This document shows, piece after piece, positions 17,803 through 28,982 of a stretch of 64,000 nucleotides of DNA. Every line of letters begins with the position of its first letter. Position 1 is the stretch's first letter. Source of the stretch: Halobacteriaceae archaeon. GTDB lineage: Archaea; Halobacteriota; Halobacteria; Halobacteriales; Halobacteriaceae. The translations under genes were made by a program, and so were the position numbers. Location of the stretch: assembly GCA_042216675.1 (NCBI GenBank), contig JBDGTS010000016.1:18829-82828 (forward strand), read 5' to 3'. The notes under the pieces are model-generated. The model did no database searches and had not been told where the DNA came from. It saw nothing but the letters and a program-made list of their open reading frames with translations.

Positions 17803-19522
17803 GGGCGACACTCCCGGAGACGTTGGCGTCGGCACGTTGCATGATCGACCGGAGTCGGTCGTTACCGACCTCGCGACACCACTCGTAGAAGCGCTCGCTC
17901 TCGGAGCGCTCGTCGGCGTACACGTCGAACAGTTCCTCGAGGGCCGGAATCACGCTCTCGGCGGGGACGGCGTTCTCGACCCAGTCGATGAACTCGTTGT
18001 CGGCGCCCAGCGCGCCGCCGAGGCCGAAGTCCATGCCCTCGACGAGGCGCTGGTGGTCCTCGCGGTCCGCGTCGCCGGGGACCGATTCCTCGCCGACTTG
18101 CACCGTCTCGCCGCGGAAGCCGATGTCCGCGATCTGGGGCTGTGCGCAGGAGGCCGAACAGCCCGACATGTGCATCCGAACCACGTCGAGGTCCTCCGGC
18201 GTGTCGATGGCGTCGTCGAGTTGCCGCGCCCACCGCTTCACGCGGTTCTTCGTCTCGATGATGCCGTAGTTGCAGAACTCGGAGCCGGTACAGCCCACGG
18301 CGCCCCGCGAGAACGGGCCGGGGTCGGGCTGATACGCGTCGGCGAAGTCCGATTCGAGGAGGGCGTCGAGGTTCTCCTCGGGGACGTGCGTGATGAGGAA
18401 GTTCTGGTCGGTCGCGAGGCGCACGCTGGCGTCCTCGGTGCCGTAGCGCTCGGCCGCCGCGGCCGCCGCGGCGAACTCGTCGCCGCCCATCCGGCCGGCG
18501 ATGACGTTGAAGCCGACGTAGTAGAGGCCCTCCTGTTTCTGCTCGTGGACGCCGACGTGGTCGCCGGTGTAGCCCTCGGTGAGGTCCGTGCCGCGTTCGC
18601 GGAGGTCGACCTCACAGCGGTCCCGGACCGCTTCCTCGAAGTTGTCCACGCCCATCTGCTGGACGAGGTAGCGCATGCGGCAGACGCCGCGGTTGTGTCG
18701 GTCGCCGAGTTCCTTGAACACCTGCGCGACGGCGCGGCAGAACTCCACGGCGTCCTCGGGGCGGACGAACACGTCGAGGTCAGAGGCCATCCGCGGGCCG
18801 TCGGAGAGGCCGCCGCCGACCTTGGCGTGGAAGCCGTAGTGCTGTTCGCCGTCGAGTTCCTTTCGCGCCGGCGTGAGGCCCACGTCGTTGATCTGGGACT
18901 GCGCGCAGTCGTCGCGACAGCCCGTGATGGTCATCTTGTACTTCCGGGGGAGATTGCCGTACTCGCGGTTCTCCGTGAAGAAGTCCGAGACGGCGTCGAT
19001 GACTGGCTGTGCGTTGAAGCACTCGTGGTCGTCGAGACCCGCGGCGGGACAGCCAAGCACGTTCCGGGCGGAGTCGCCACAGCCCTGAATCGTGGTGAGG
19101 CCGACCTCGTCGTACTTCGCCCAGATGTCCGGAATGTCCTCCACCTCGATCCAGTGCATCTGGATGTCCTGTCTGGTCGTGATGTCCATGTACGCGTCGC
19201 CCCACAGGTCGTTTTGCTCCTCGCCGCCGTACTTCTCGGGGGCGACGGCGTACTCGTCAGCGACTTCGCCGATGACTTCGGCCTGCTCGGGGGTGAGGTA
19301 GCCGCCGGGCACCTTGGTCCGGAGCATGAAGTAGTCGCCCTTGCGGCCGTGGGAGTAGAGGCCGGCCCACTTCAGGCGCTCCCACTCGCCGTCGCCGGCG
19401 CGCTCCTCGATTTCCTCGAACGTGAGGTTCTCGTCGGCGTACTCCTTGACGTCCTCGATGACGTCGAGTGGATGCTTCTCCTGCTTCCACTGCTCGACGG
19501 TGTTGAGACTCACGGGGTCCAC
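17795..19522 (-). CDS. Siroheme nitrite/sulfite reductase (NirA/SirA type)
   Basis: 'FMLRTKVPGG', 'ITTRQDIQ', 'NLPRKYK', siroheme/FeS ligands 'GCTGSEFC' and 'SGCSASC'. GTG start at 19522 or 19513. Confidence 0.9.
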   Translation of the reverse strand: MDPVSLNTVEQWKQEKHPLDVIEDVKEYADENLTFEEIEERAGDGEWERLKWAGLYSHGRKGDYFMLRTKVPGGYLTPEQAEVIGEVADEYAVAPEKYGGEEQNDLWGDAYMDITTRQDIQMHWIEVEDIPDIWAKYDEVGLTTIQGCGDSARNVLGCPAAGLDDHECFNAQPVIDAVSDFFTENREYGNLPRKYKMTITGCRDDCAQSQINDVGLTPARKELDGEQHYGFHAKVGGGLSDGPRMASDLDVFVRPEDAVEFCRAVAQVFKELGDRHNRGVCRMRYLVQQMGVDNFEEAVRDRCEVDLRERGTDLTEGYTGDHVGVHEQKQEGLYYVGFNVIAGRMGGDEFAAAAAAAERYGTEDASVRLATDQNFLITHVPEENLDALLESDFADAYQPDPGPFSRGAVGCTGSEFCNYGIIETKNRVKRWARQLDDAIDTPEDLDVVRMHMSGCSASCAQPQIADIGFRGETVQVGEESVPGDADREDHQRLVEGMDFGLGGALGADNEFIDWVENAVPAESVIPALEELFDVYADERSESERFYEWCREVGNDRLRSIMQRADANVSGSVAHG

Positions 19523-19763
19523 CTCCGCGTGGTCGGTGTTGTCGAATGCATAATAGAGTACCCGTTGATCCGGGCGCTATCAGTTGCACGTCCCTCCACG
19601 CACGTATAACGCTCGCATTCCCGCACGCCCTGCCTTTGCTCCCGGTTCTCCACAGAAGATGCCGGCGTCGATGACGCCACTCTGAGTGAATACTCTCTGC
19701 TGATGACTCAACGGTGGACAAATCACCGCTCGCTCCGAAAACCCTGTCTCGTCGATGGCGGCG

Positions 19764-20876
19764 CTACTTGCCGCCATCTGCGACGCGACGGAAGCGCTCG
19801 CCGGCGTCGTCGTCGGCCCGAATCGCGTCCCAGACCCGGTCGGAAATCCACTCGTTGCCGGAGTCGGCGCCCGCGTCGGGCAGGTAGCGGTCGTGGACCG
19901 GCAGTCGCTCGCGGAGGGGGACCCCCGCCTCCTCGGCGATGGTCTCTAACTCCCGGACTGCGGGCCACTTGTGGTCGGGGTTGATGTGGTCGTCGGTCAC
20001 CGGCGAGACGCCGCCGAGGTCGTCGACGCCGCAGTCGAGGACGTTCCTCACCGGCGCGAGGTTCGGGGGCACCTGCACGGACACGTCGTCCGGCAGGGCC
20101 GCCCGCGACATCGCCGTCGCGCGGCGCAGGTCCTCGACGTCCGGCGTGGGGCCGCCCCAGCGTTCGTTCTCGACGACGGGTTGGACGATGACCTCCTGCA
20201 CGTGACCGTAGCGCTCGTGCATCTCGCGGATGGCCAGTAGACTCTCGGCCCTGTCGCGCCAGTCCTCGCCGATGCCGACGAGGATGCCCGTCGTGAACGG
20301 CATTCCGAGTTCGCCCGCGGTGCGGATGGTGTTCAGGCGCTGGCCGGGGTTCTTGGCTCGCGGGCCGCCGTGGGCCTGCACCTCGGCCGTCGTCTCCAGC
20401 ATGACGCCCATGCTGGGGTTCAGGTCGGCGATTTTCGCCATCTCCGCGCGGGTCTGGTCGCCGGGGTTCGAGTGCGGGAGCAGCCCCTCTTCGAGTGCCA
20501 CTTCGCTCGCGGCCCGGAGGTAGTCGTGGATAGAGTCGTAGCCCCACTCCGCCAGTTGGGCGTGAATCTCCGTGTACCGGTCGTCGGGGTCGTCGCCGAA
20601 CGTGAACAGCGCCTCCGTACAGCCGCGCTCGGCGCCGGTGCGGCAGATGTCGCGCACCTCCTCCAAGGAGAGGAGGCTGGCCTGCCCCGGCGGGTCGTAG
20701 TAGGTACAGTAGGTGCAGGTGTAGCGACACGCCGTCGTCAGGGGGACGAAGACGTTGCGGGCGAACGTGAGTTCGTCCGCCGCCTCGACGTCGGCCGGCG
20801 TCACGTCGAGCAGACGCTCCACCTCGTGCGACGGCAGTTCGACGTCGACGCCGTACTCGTCGGCCCCCGGAATCAT
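19764..20876 (-). CDS. cofG: FO synthase subunit CofG
   Basis: 'NVFVPLTTACRYTCTYC', 'EALFTFG', 'LLPHSNPG', 'SMGVMLE', 'PFTTGILVGIGE', 'QVPPNL', 'DLGGVSPVT.DHINP'. Confidence 0.93.
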   Translation of the reverse strand: MIPGADEYGVDVELPSHEVERLLDVTPADVEAADELTFARNVFVPLTTACRYTCTYCTYYDPPGQASLLSLEEVRDICRTGAERGCTEALFTFGDDPDDRYTEIHAQLAEWGYDSIHDYLRAASEVALEEGLLPHSNPGDQTRAEMAKIADLNPSMGVMLETTAEVQAHGGPRAKNPGQRLNTIRTAGELGMPFTTGILVGIGEDWRDRAESLLAIREMHERYGHVQEVIVQPVVENERWGGPTPDVEDLRRATAMSRAALPDDVSVQVPPNLAPVRNVLDCGVDDLGGVSPVTDDHINPDHKWPAVRELETIAEEAGVPLRERLPVHDRYLPDAGADSGNEWISDRVWDAIRADDDAGERFRRVADGGK

Positions 20877-20983
20877 CGTCAGTCTCTCACCGTTCCACCC
20901 TCAAAAGCGTTCAGTTCGAGGGTTCAGTCGCTGTCTCAGTCTCCGGCACCTATTCCGTCGCGCCCGCCGACCGTCCACTTGCT

Positions 20984-21727
20984 ATGCGCCCCAGCAGCCC
21001 CGCACTCGTCGCTATCGTTCTCGTGACGCTCGTCGCCGGTGCCGGCGTCACCGTCGCTCTCACCGACGCCGGCGGGTCGCCCGCCGCGGCGGCCCAATCG
21101 GACGGCGGTCGAACCGTGTCGGTGACTGCCACCGGCACGGCGACGGCCCAGCCAAACGAGGTGGTGGTCCGTCTCACCGCCGTCGGCACCGGTCCCGACG
21201 CCGCGACGGCGCGCGACCGACTGGCACGGAACGCCTCGTCGCTCCGAGCGGCGCTCATCGACGCGGGCGTGTCCGAGGACCGGATTCGGACCGTCCGCTA
21301 CGACGTCGGCCCGGAGCGGGAGAAACGCCCCCGAACCGACGACTCGGTCGCTCACTACCGCGCCGTCCACACGTTCGCGGTGACGGTCACTGACCGCGAC
21401 GCGGTGGGTGCCGTCATCGACGCCGCCGTCGCGAACGGCGCGGACGGAGTCGACGACGTGCGGTTCCGCCTCTCCGAGGAGCGACGCCGCTCGCTTCGGA
21501 AACAGGCGCTCGCCGACGCGATGGGCATCGCCCGTGGACAGGCCGCGACGCTCGCCGAGGCGGGCAATCTCACTATCGTCGGCGTGCACGCCGTGCGCAC
21601 GACCAGTACCGACTCCATCGTCGACCGCGGCGGCGCCGCGGCCGGCGACACGGCCACGAACGTCGACGTGGGACCGGTCAGCGTCTCCGCGCGAGTCCAC
21701 GTCACCTACAACGCGACGCGGGCCTGA
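20984..21727 (+). CDS. SIMPL (DUF541) domain secreted protein
   Basis: Signal/TM segment, 'TVSVTATGTATAQPN', 'IDAAVANGA', 'RKQALADAM..AR.QA'. Confidence 0.85.
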   Translation: MRPSSPALVAIVLVTLVAGAGVTVALTDAGGSPAAAAQSDGGRTVSVTATGTATAQPNEVVVRLTAVGTGPDAATARDRLARNASSLRAALIDAGVSEDRIRTVRYDVGPEREKRPRTDDSVAHYRAVHTFAVTVTDRDAVGAVIDAAVANGADGVDDVRFRLSEERRRSLRKQALADAMGIARGQAATLAEAGNLTIVGVHAVRTTSTDSIVDRGGAAAGDTATNVDVGPVSVSARVHVTYNATRA

Positions 21728-22336
21728 CTACCGCTCGACGCCGACCCGCCCTTCCTCGACGGCGAGAGAGACGCCCCGGGATTCGAGCCACTCCGTCGCG
21801 GCGCCTTCGCCGTGGATGAGCAGTTCCGCGAGGTCCCCGCGCTCGTCCACGTCCGTCGCGAGGCGGTGGGAGTCGAACTCGAAGACGCTCGCGCCGACGC
21901 GACGGGCCGCCCGCAGGTGGTCACGGTAGGAGATGCCGTGGTAGTCCACCCGGAAGTCGGGGTGGCGGGCGACGAGTGCGTTCGTCCCGCCGCCCCGCCC
22001 CGCCGCCAACACGACGTCGCCGGGCGCGTCGAACAGGCGCCGGCACGTCTCCCCCGTCGCAAGCGCGAGGTCCGCCATCACGACGGCCACCGGGCCGTCG
22101 TCAGCTTCGAGAACGTCGTTCACGGCGTCGGTCAGCGGTCGCCGGTTCACCTCGACGGGCGCGTCCGCGGCGATCGGTGCCGTCGCGAGAACCGTCGGGT
22201 CGGCGCCGGCACTTTGCACCGCGTCGAGGACGTCGGCGAGCATCGCGTCGGCGAACGACCGGCGCTCCGCGGGCGAAAACACGTCCGCGAGTCGGGTTTT
22301 CGGGTCCGCCGCGTCGAACGGCACCACGGCGCGCAT
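21728..22336 (-). CDS. cofC: 2-phospho-L-lactate/PEP guanylyltransferase CofC
   Basis: 'VVPF...PKTRL', 'AMLADVL', 'VMADLAL', 'GRGGGTN', 'DVDE..DL'. Confidence 0.92.
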   Translation of the reverse strand: MRAVVPFDAADPKTRLADVFSPAERRSFADAMLADVLDAVQSAGADPTVLATAPIAADAPVEVNRRPLTDAVNDVLEADDGPVAVVMADLALATGETCRRLFDAPGDVVLAAGRGGGTNALVARHPDFRVDYHGISYRDHLRAARRVGASVFEFDSHRLATDVDERGDLAELLIHGEGAATEWLESRGVSLAVEEGRVGVER

Positions 22337-22343
22337 CGACGAC

Positions 22344-23123
22344 TCAGCCGAGTTCGTCGTACTCTTCGCCGCGGTTCAGGTACCAGTAGACGCCGCCCGC
22401 CAACAGCAGCAACACGACGATGCCCGCCCCGACGAGGAGCAGGGTGTTTTGCTGTTCGGTGGACTGCTTGGCGTTCTGGGCCTTGGTCTCGGCTTCTTCG
22501 GCCAGCGTCGCGGCGTTGTCGAAGTTCTCGCCGTTGTAGGCGTCGATGGCGCTCTGGAGGGTCTCCTTCGCGCCGGAGACGCCCGCACCGGCGTCGCTCG
22601 CGTTCTCGATGGCGTCGCTCGCGTTCTCGATGGCGTTGCGCGCCTGCCGGCTGTCGGTCGTCTCGGGCCGCGCGGTGTCCGTCTTGATGTCGGTGACGGC
22701 GTTGCCCTGTACCCGGTCGAACGTGGCGAGCGTGACGTTCTGTGCCGGCTGGTACGTGAAGTTCGCCGGCCGCTCGACGGTGCCCTGAAGCCGGATGACG
22801 ACTTTCGTCGTGCTTCCGCCGATGGCCTGCGTGAAGTTCGACTCGGTCACCGTCCGGTTGTCGCCGATCTGGTTCCCCTGATTGTCGTACGTGGCGATGG
22901 TCCACGTCGGCTGTGCGAGTTCGGTCGATACGCGAAGCGTCCAGTTGTCGGAGGTAGCAGAGTAGAGGTCAGTGAGCGTGTAGGTCACGTCGACCTCGCT
23001 GCCGACGTCGACGGTGTCGGCCGCCGGCGACTCGGTGACCGTCGTCGCGACTGCCGGCGTCGCGACGACCGCGAGAAGGACCACTACCGCCAGTCCGAGT
23101 TTAGAATAGTGACTCCAGCTCAT
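22344..23123 (-). CDS. Secreted, C-terminally membrane-anchored protein co-transcribed with cetZ
   Basis: Signal peptide, N-x-S/T sequons, helical domain, C-terminal TM; start overlaps the cetZ stop. Confidence 0.75.
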   Translation of the reverse strand: MSWSHYSKLGLAVVVLLAVVATPAVATTVTESPAADTVDVGSEVDVTYTLTDLYSATSDNWTLRVSTELAQPTWTIATYDNQGNQIGDNRTVTESNFTQAIGGSTTKVVIRLQGTVERPANFTYQPAQNVTLATFDRVQGNAVTDIKTDTARPETTDSRQARNAIENASDAIENASDAGAGVSGAKETLQSAIDAYNGENFDNAATLAEEAETKAQNAKQSTEQQNTLLLVGAGIVVLLLLAGGVYWYLNRGEEYDELG

Positions 23124-24282
23124 CTTCGTCGTCTTCAACAAGGTCCTTCAAGTTCTCTTCGCTTTCCGCCTTGATCTCGTCGATGTTGTCCTGCGCCTCG
23201 ATTGCGACCTGCTGTAGCTCCTTGATGCGCGGGACGTTCGTCACGCCCGAGAGCAGGACGACGGACGCGACCTGATTGGAGTTCCGGACGGGGTAGTCGC
23301 CGCCACGGACCTCCATCGACCCGGTCTGCTCTTCGAGCCACTTCCGGCCGCGTTCGATGCCTTTCCGATTGAGGTAGGCCGACGGTCCCGCGGTGACCAA
23401 CAGCGCGCGCTCCGCGCCGTCGATTTCACAGGGCAGGGTGAGGCGGCCCAGCGCCGCCTTCCGGACGAGGCTGGTGATGCGGTTCGTGGTCGCCGCGGCG
23501 TCTTCGGGTTTGGCGTCGTCGTCGCCCGTGAACCGGGAGAGGAGACCGCCGGAGGATTCCTCCGCCTCGATGCCCTCGGAGGCGTAGCCGATGGTCGAGA
23601 CGCCGCCGCCCGAGAGCGTGTTGATGATCTCGCTGGAGTCGACGACGGACTCGGCCACTTCGCTCCCCTCGTCGATTTCGCCGGCGCCGAAGAGGACGCC
23701 GAACCGGGTAACGATCTCCTGATTGATCTCTTCGTAGCCGCCCTCCATCGACTCGCCGGACTGCCGCCACGCGTCGTTGTCGAACACGAGGAGGTTGTCC
23801 ACCTCGCGGACGAACGTCTGGAACGACCGGGCCGCGTTCAGCGTGTAGATGCCGCCCTCGTCGCCGCCGGGAAGGACGCCGAGTCCGTACACCGGCTCCG
23901 TGTAGATGCGCTTGAGATACTTCGCGAGCACCGGTGCGCCGCCGCTTCCGGTGCCGCCACCGAGACCCGCGATGATGAGGAACGCGTCGATTTCGTGAAC
24001 GGGGATGCCGTCGATTGCCCCCATCACTTCGTCGCGGTCCTCCTCGGCGATTTCCGCGCCGAGTTCGTTGTCAGCCCCGACGCCGTGCCCCTTGACTCTG
24101 GACTGCCCGATGAGCACCCGGTTCTCCTCGGGTACGTGGTCGAGTCCCATCAGGTCGGCCCGGGCCGTGTTCACCGCGACGGCTGCCTGTACGATGCCGG
24201 CGTCGTGTCGCCGGTCGTACTCGAGGAACTTGTCGAGGATCTTTCCCCCCGCCTGTCCGAACCCGATCATCGCGAGTTTCAT
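23101..24282 (-). CDS. cetZ1: Tubulin/FtsZ superfamily cell-shape protein CetZ (probably CetZ1)
   Basis: 'MKLAMIGFGQAGGKI', 'GHGVGADN', 'GLGGGTGSGG', 'FDNDAW'. Location beside cofC/cofG/cofH matches the known cetZ1 neighbourhood. Confidence 0.88.
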   Translation of the reverse strand: MKLAMIGFGQAGGKILDKFLEYDRRHDAGIVQAAVAVNTARADLMGLDHVPEENRVLIGQSRVKGHGVGADNELGAEIAEEDRDEVMGAIDGIPVHEIDAFLIIAGLGGGTGSGGAPVLAKYLKRIYTEPVYGLGVLPGGDEGGIYTLNAARSFQTFVREVDNLLVFDNDAWRQSGESMEGGYEEINQEIVTRFGVLFGAGEIDEGSEVAESVVDSSEIINTLSGGGVSTIGYASEGIEAEESSGGLLSRFTGDDDAKPEDAAATTNRITSLVRKAALGRLTLPCEIDGAERALLVTAGPSAYLNRKGIERGRKWLEEQTGSMEVRGGDYPVRNSNQVASVVLLSGVTNVPRIKELQQVAIEAQDNIDEIKAESEENLKDLVEDDEDELESLF

Positions 24283-24317
24283 TATAGGTCCCGTTGAAAC
24301 GAATTGAGTGCAATCAG

Positions 24318-24333
24318 GCTGTTAAAGGTTTTG
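24318..24333 (-). promoter_or_regulatory. Putative BRE/TATA of cetZ
   Basis: Minus strand reads CAAAACCTTTAACAG about 37-51 nt upstream of the ATG. Confidence 0.5.
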
Positions 24334-24439
24334 ATGCCGCACGTCAGACATCGGACGGAACAGCCGTATTCGGACGGGTGTGTGGCTAAACGCCGAAATA
24401 CGCTATTGGTATAAGATATCGGAGTAATTCGTTTATGAA

Positions 24440-25318
24440 CTAATCTTTTCCGAGATACGAACGAAGCGTCCGCAGGTCGCCGGGGGCGACCCCGAACGCG
24501 TCCACGTCGTTGTCGTCAGTGGTGTTGTCGAAGCGGAGGCCCTCGAACTGGTTCGGCCCGAAGGGGAACAGCGGAAGCGATCCGCCGATTTTGAAGCCGA
24601 CTTTCGTCAGCGACATCGGCACCGATACGATGCGCACGCCGTTGCGGACCAGTTTCGCCACCTCCGCGAGGGTGAGTTTCTCCGGGCCGCCGAGTTCGTA
24701 CACCTCGCCGACGTGTTCGTCTGCCTCCACCGCGTCGGCCAACATCGGTGTGAGGTCACCGACCCAGATCGGCTGGAAGCGGGCCTTCTTCCCGCCGCCC
24801 GGCAGGGGCGCGAGGACCGGCGGCGTCACCGTCTTCGTGAACGAGAGGAACTCCCCGCCCTCCCCGAAGATGACGGAGGGGCGGACGATGACCCAGTCCA
24901 GCGACGAGTCCCGGACGATCTCCTCGGCGCGCCCCTTCGCCCGGACGTACGCCGTGTCGCCGTCGGGGTCGGCACCGAGGGCGCTCATCTGCACGATGCG
25001 GTCGAGGCCGTGTTCCTCGGCGGCGCGCACGACGTTCTCGGTGCCGTGCCGGTGGACCTCGTCGTGCATCTTCGCGCCGCCCGAGGGCTGAAACAGCGGT
25101 GACAGAGCCACGAGGTTCACCACGGCGTCCTGGCCCTCGAAGGCGTCCGCGATTGACTCGTAGGCCGTCACGTCTCCCATCGCCGTCTCGACGCCGGACG
25201 GGAAGTCGGCGTCGTCCGGGTCCCGCGACAGGGCCGTCACCTCGTGCCCCCGGTCGGCGAGTTCGCGGCAGAGGTGCGTCCCGACGAATCCGGTCCCGCC
25301 CGTGACGAGTATCTGCAT
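24440..25318 (-). CDS. NAD(P)-binding epimerase / NDUFA9-like protein
   Basis: 'ILVTGGTGFVG', 'MSALGAD', 'YVRAKGRAE', 'RPSVIFG', 'FQPIWVGD'. Confidence 0.88.
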   Translation of the reverse strand: MQILVTGGTGFVGTHLCRELADRGHEVTALSRDPDDADFPSGVETAMGDVTAYESIADAFEGQDAVVNLVALSPLFQPSGGAKMHDEVHRHGTENVVRAAEEHGLDRIVQMSALGADPDGDTAYVRAKGRAEEIVRDSSLDWVIVRPSVIFGEGGEFLSFTKTVTPPVLAPLPGGGKKARFQPIWVGDLTPMLADAVEADEHVGEVYELGGPEKLTLAEVAKLVRNGVRIVSVPMSLTKVGFKIGGSLPLFPFGPNQFEGLRFDNTTDDNDVDAFGVAPGDLRTLRSYLGKD

Positions 25319-25392
25319 GAGTCCACGAACGCTCGCACGGCCCCTAAAACTACCGCGACACTGTAATGTGTCCCCCGGAGCCACAGAACGGT

Positions 25393-25974
25393 ATGCTCGT
25401 CACGCTCGAAGGCATCGACGGGAGCGGAAAGACGACGGCGTGGGACCATCTCCGCGAGACGCGTGTCGACGCCGCCACGTTCACCCGCGAGCCCACGGAG
25501 TCGTGGTACGGCGACGCGGTGCGGCGCTCCATCGACGCCGACGACGCGGACCCGCTGGCGGAACTGTTTCTCTACACCGCCGACCACGCCGACCACCTCT
25601 CGCGGCGGATTCGCCCCGCCCTCGAACGGGGGGAGACGGTCGTTTCGGACCGCTACTCGGACTCCCGCTACGCGTATCAGGCCGTCGCGCTCGACGGCGT
25701 CGTCGAGGACCCGATGGCGTACGTCAAGCGGGTCCACGAGCCGTGGACGCGGCCGCCGGACCGCACGCTCTACTTCGACGTGGACGCGGAGACGGGCGCG
25801 GAGCGCGCGGGCGTCACGAACAAGTTCGAGACGGCCGAGTTCCTCCGTGAGGTCCGTGAGCGCTACGAGGACCTCCGCGCCGCGGAACCGGAGCGATTCG
25901 TCCGCATCGACGGCCACCAGCCGCTCCCGGACGTCCTCGACGACGTGGAGGACGCCCTCGCGGACGTCCTCTGA
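25393..25974 (+). CDS. tmk: Thymidylate kinase
   Basis: '[11 protein letters not shown]', 'TREP', '[13 protein letters not shown]'. Confidence 0.93.
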   Translation: MLVTLEGIDGSGKTTAWDHLRETRVDAATFTREPTESWYGDAVRRSIDADDADPLAELFLYTADHADHLSRRIRPALERGETVVSDRYSDSRYAYQAVALDGVVEDPMAYVKRVHEPWTRPPDRTLYFDVDAETGAERAGVTNKFETAEFLREVRERYEDLRAAEPERFVRIDGHQPLPDVLDDVEDALADVL

Positions 25975-25975
25975 G

Positions 25976-26314
25976 TCACTGGGCGGGAACCTCGACGTCC
26001 TCGGGCGGCGGGAGCCAGAACACGTCCAACGAGACGCCCAGCGACAGCGGGACGCCCCAGAAGAAGACGAGCAGGGTCCCTTGGTCCAAGTCGAGGCCGC
26101 TCCCGACTCCCAGCGCGCCGAAGACGATGAGTGCCGTCACCACGTAGACGAGCGGAACGAGCAGGGCCGTGTACACCACCGGACCCCAGCGAGTCGCGAG
26201 CTGGAGGCGGAAGAAGCGCACCGACACGCCGGCGATGACCGTGTTCAGCGCCACCAAGCCGAGGAGCGCGACGGCCGTCACCGCCTGTCCGATGGTGGAG
26301 AGCGGGATGGGCAT
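25976..26314 (-). CDS. Small membrane protein
   Basis: Three hydrophobic helices; 'RFFR..L.TRWG'. Confidence 0.7.
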   Translation of the reverse strand: MPIPLSTIGQAVTAVALLGLVALNTVIAGVSVRFFRLQLATRWGPVVYTALLVPLVYVVTALIVFGALGVGSGLDLDQGTLLVFFWGVPLSLGVSLDVFWLPPPEDVEVPAQ

Positions 26315-26469
26315 GGCCGTCCCTTGGGACTCGTGTGGTTTTGCCGTGTCGGTCCGCGCCGCGGATGACGTCGTCGGCGGAGACGCTCGGTGCGACTAAA
26401 CCACACCTCTGTTTCTGAACCGCTAACTTTTTCTTGGCGGATGGCAACTAAAAATCGAAGTGACTCCTA

Positions 26470-28700
<2,231 letters not shown>

Positions 28701-28707
28701 CCGCGTC

Positions 28708-28938
28708 TCAGTTCAGCGAGACGTACGTTCGGGTCTCCTCGACGCCGTCGAGGTGCCCGATTTCCGACGCCGCCGCGTCCAGCACGTCGTACACTTCGTC
28801 GCCGTCGACTTCCGCGATGAGGTCGTACGTGCCCGCGACGACGTGCGCCTCCCGCACCGCGTCGAGGGCAGTCACGACGCTGAAGACGGCCTCTGCCTCA
28901 CCGGCGGCGGTGGTGACCATGACGAATGCGCGGACCAT
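28708..28938 (-). CDS. Lrp/AsnC ligand-binding (RAM) domain protein
   Basis: 'MVRAFVMV...EAHVVAGTYDLIAEV...GVEETRTY', 76 aa. Confidence 0.85.
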   Translation of the reverse strand: MVRAFVMVTTAAGEAEAVFSVVTALDAVREAHVVAGTYDLIAEVDGDEVYDVLDAAASEIGHLDGVEETRTYVSLN

Positions 28939-28982
28939 CGTCCGTGGCTTCAGGCGGTGCCGAGATAAGCCTTGGTGCGCCG

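Noticed and set aside
19523-19763. Possible riboswitch or ncRNA upstream of the siroheme reductase (short hairpin GGCGTC-GAT-GACGCC)
   Set aside because: Only short stems expected by chance at this GC content; no recognisable family consensus.
23101-24282. Calling this gene ftsZ
   Set aside because: The GFGQAGGK start and GHGVGADN motif are CetZ-type, and the FtsZ NxDxxD T7 loop is replaced by VVDSSE.
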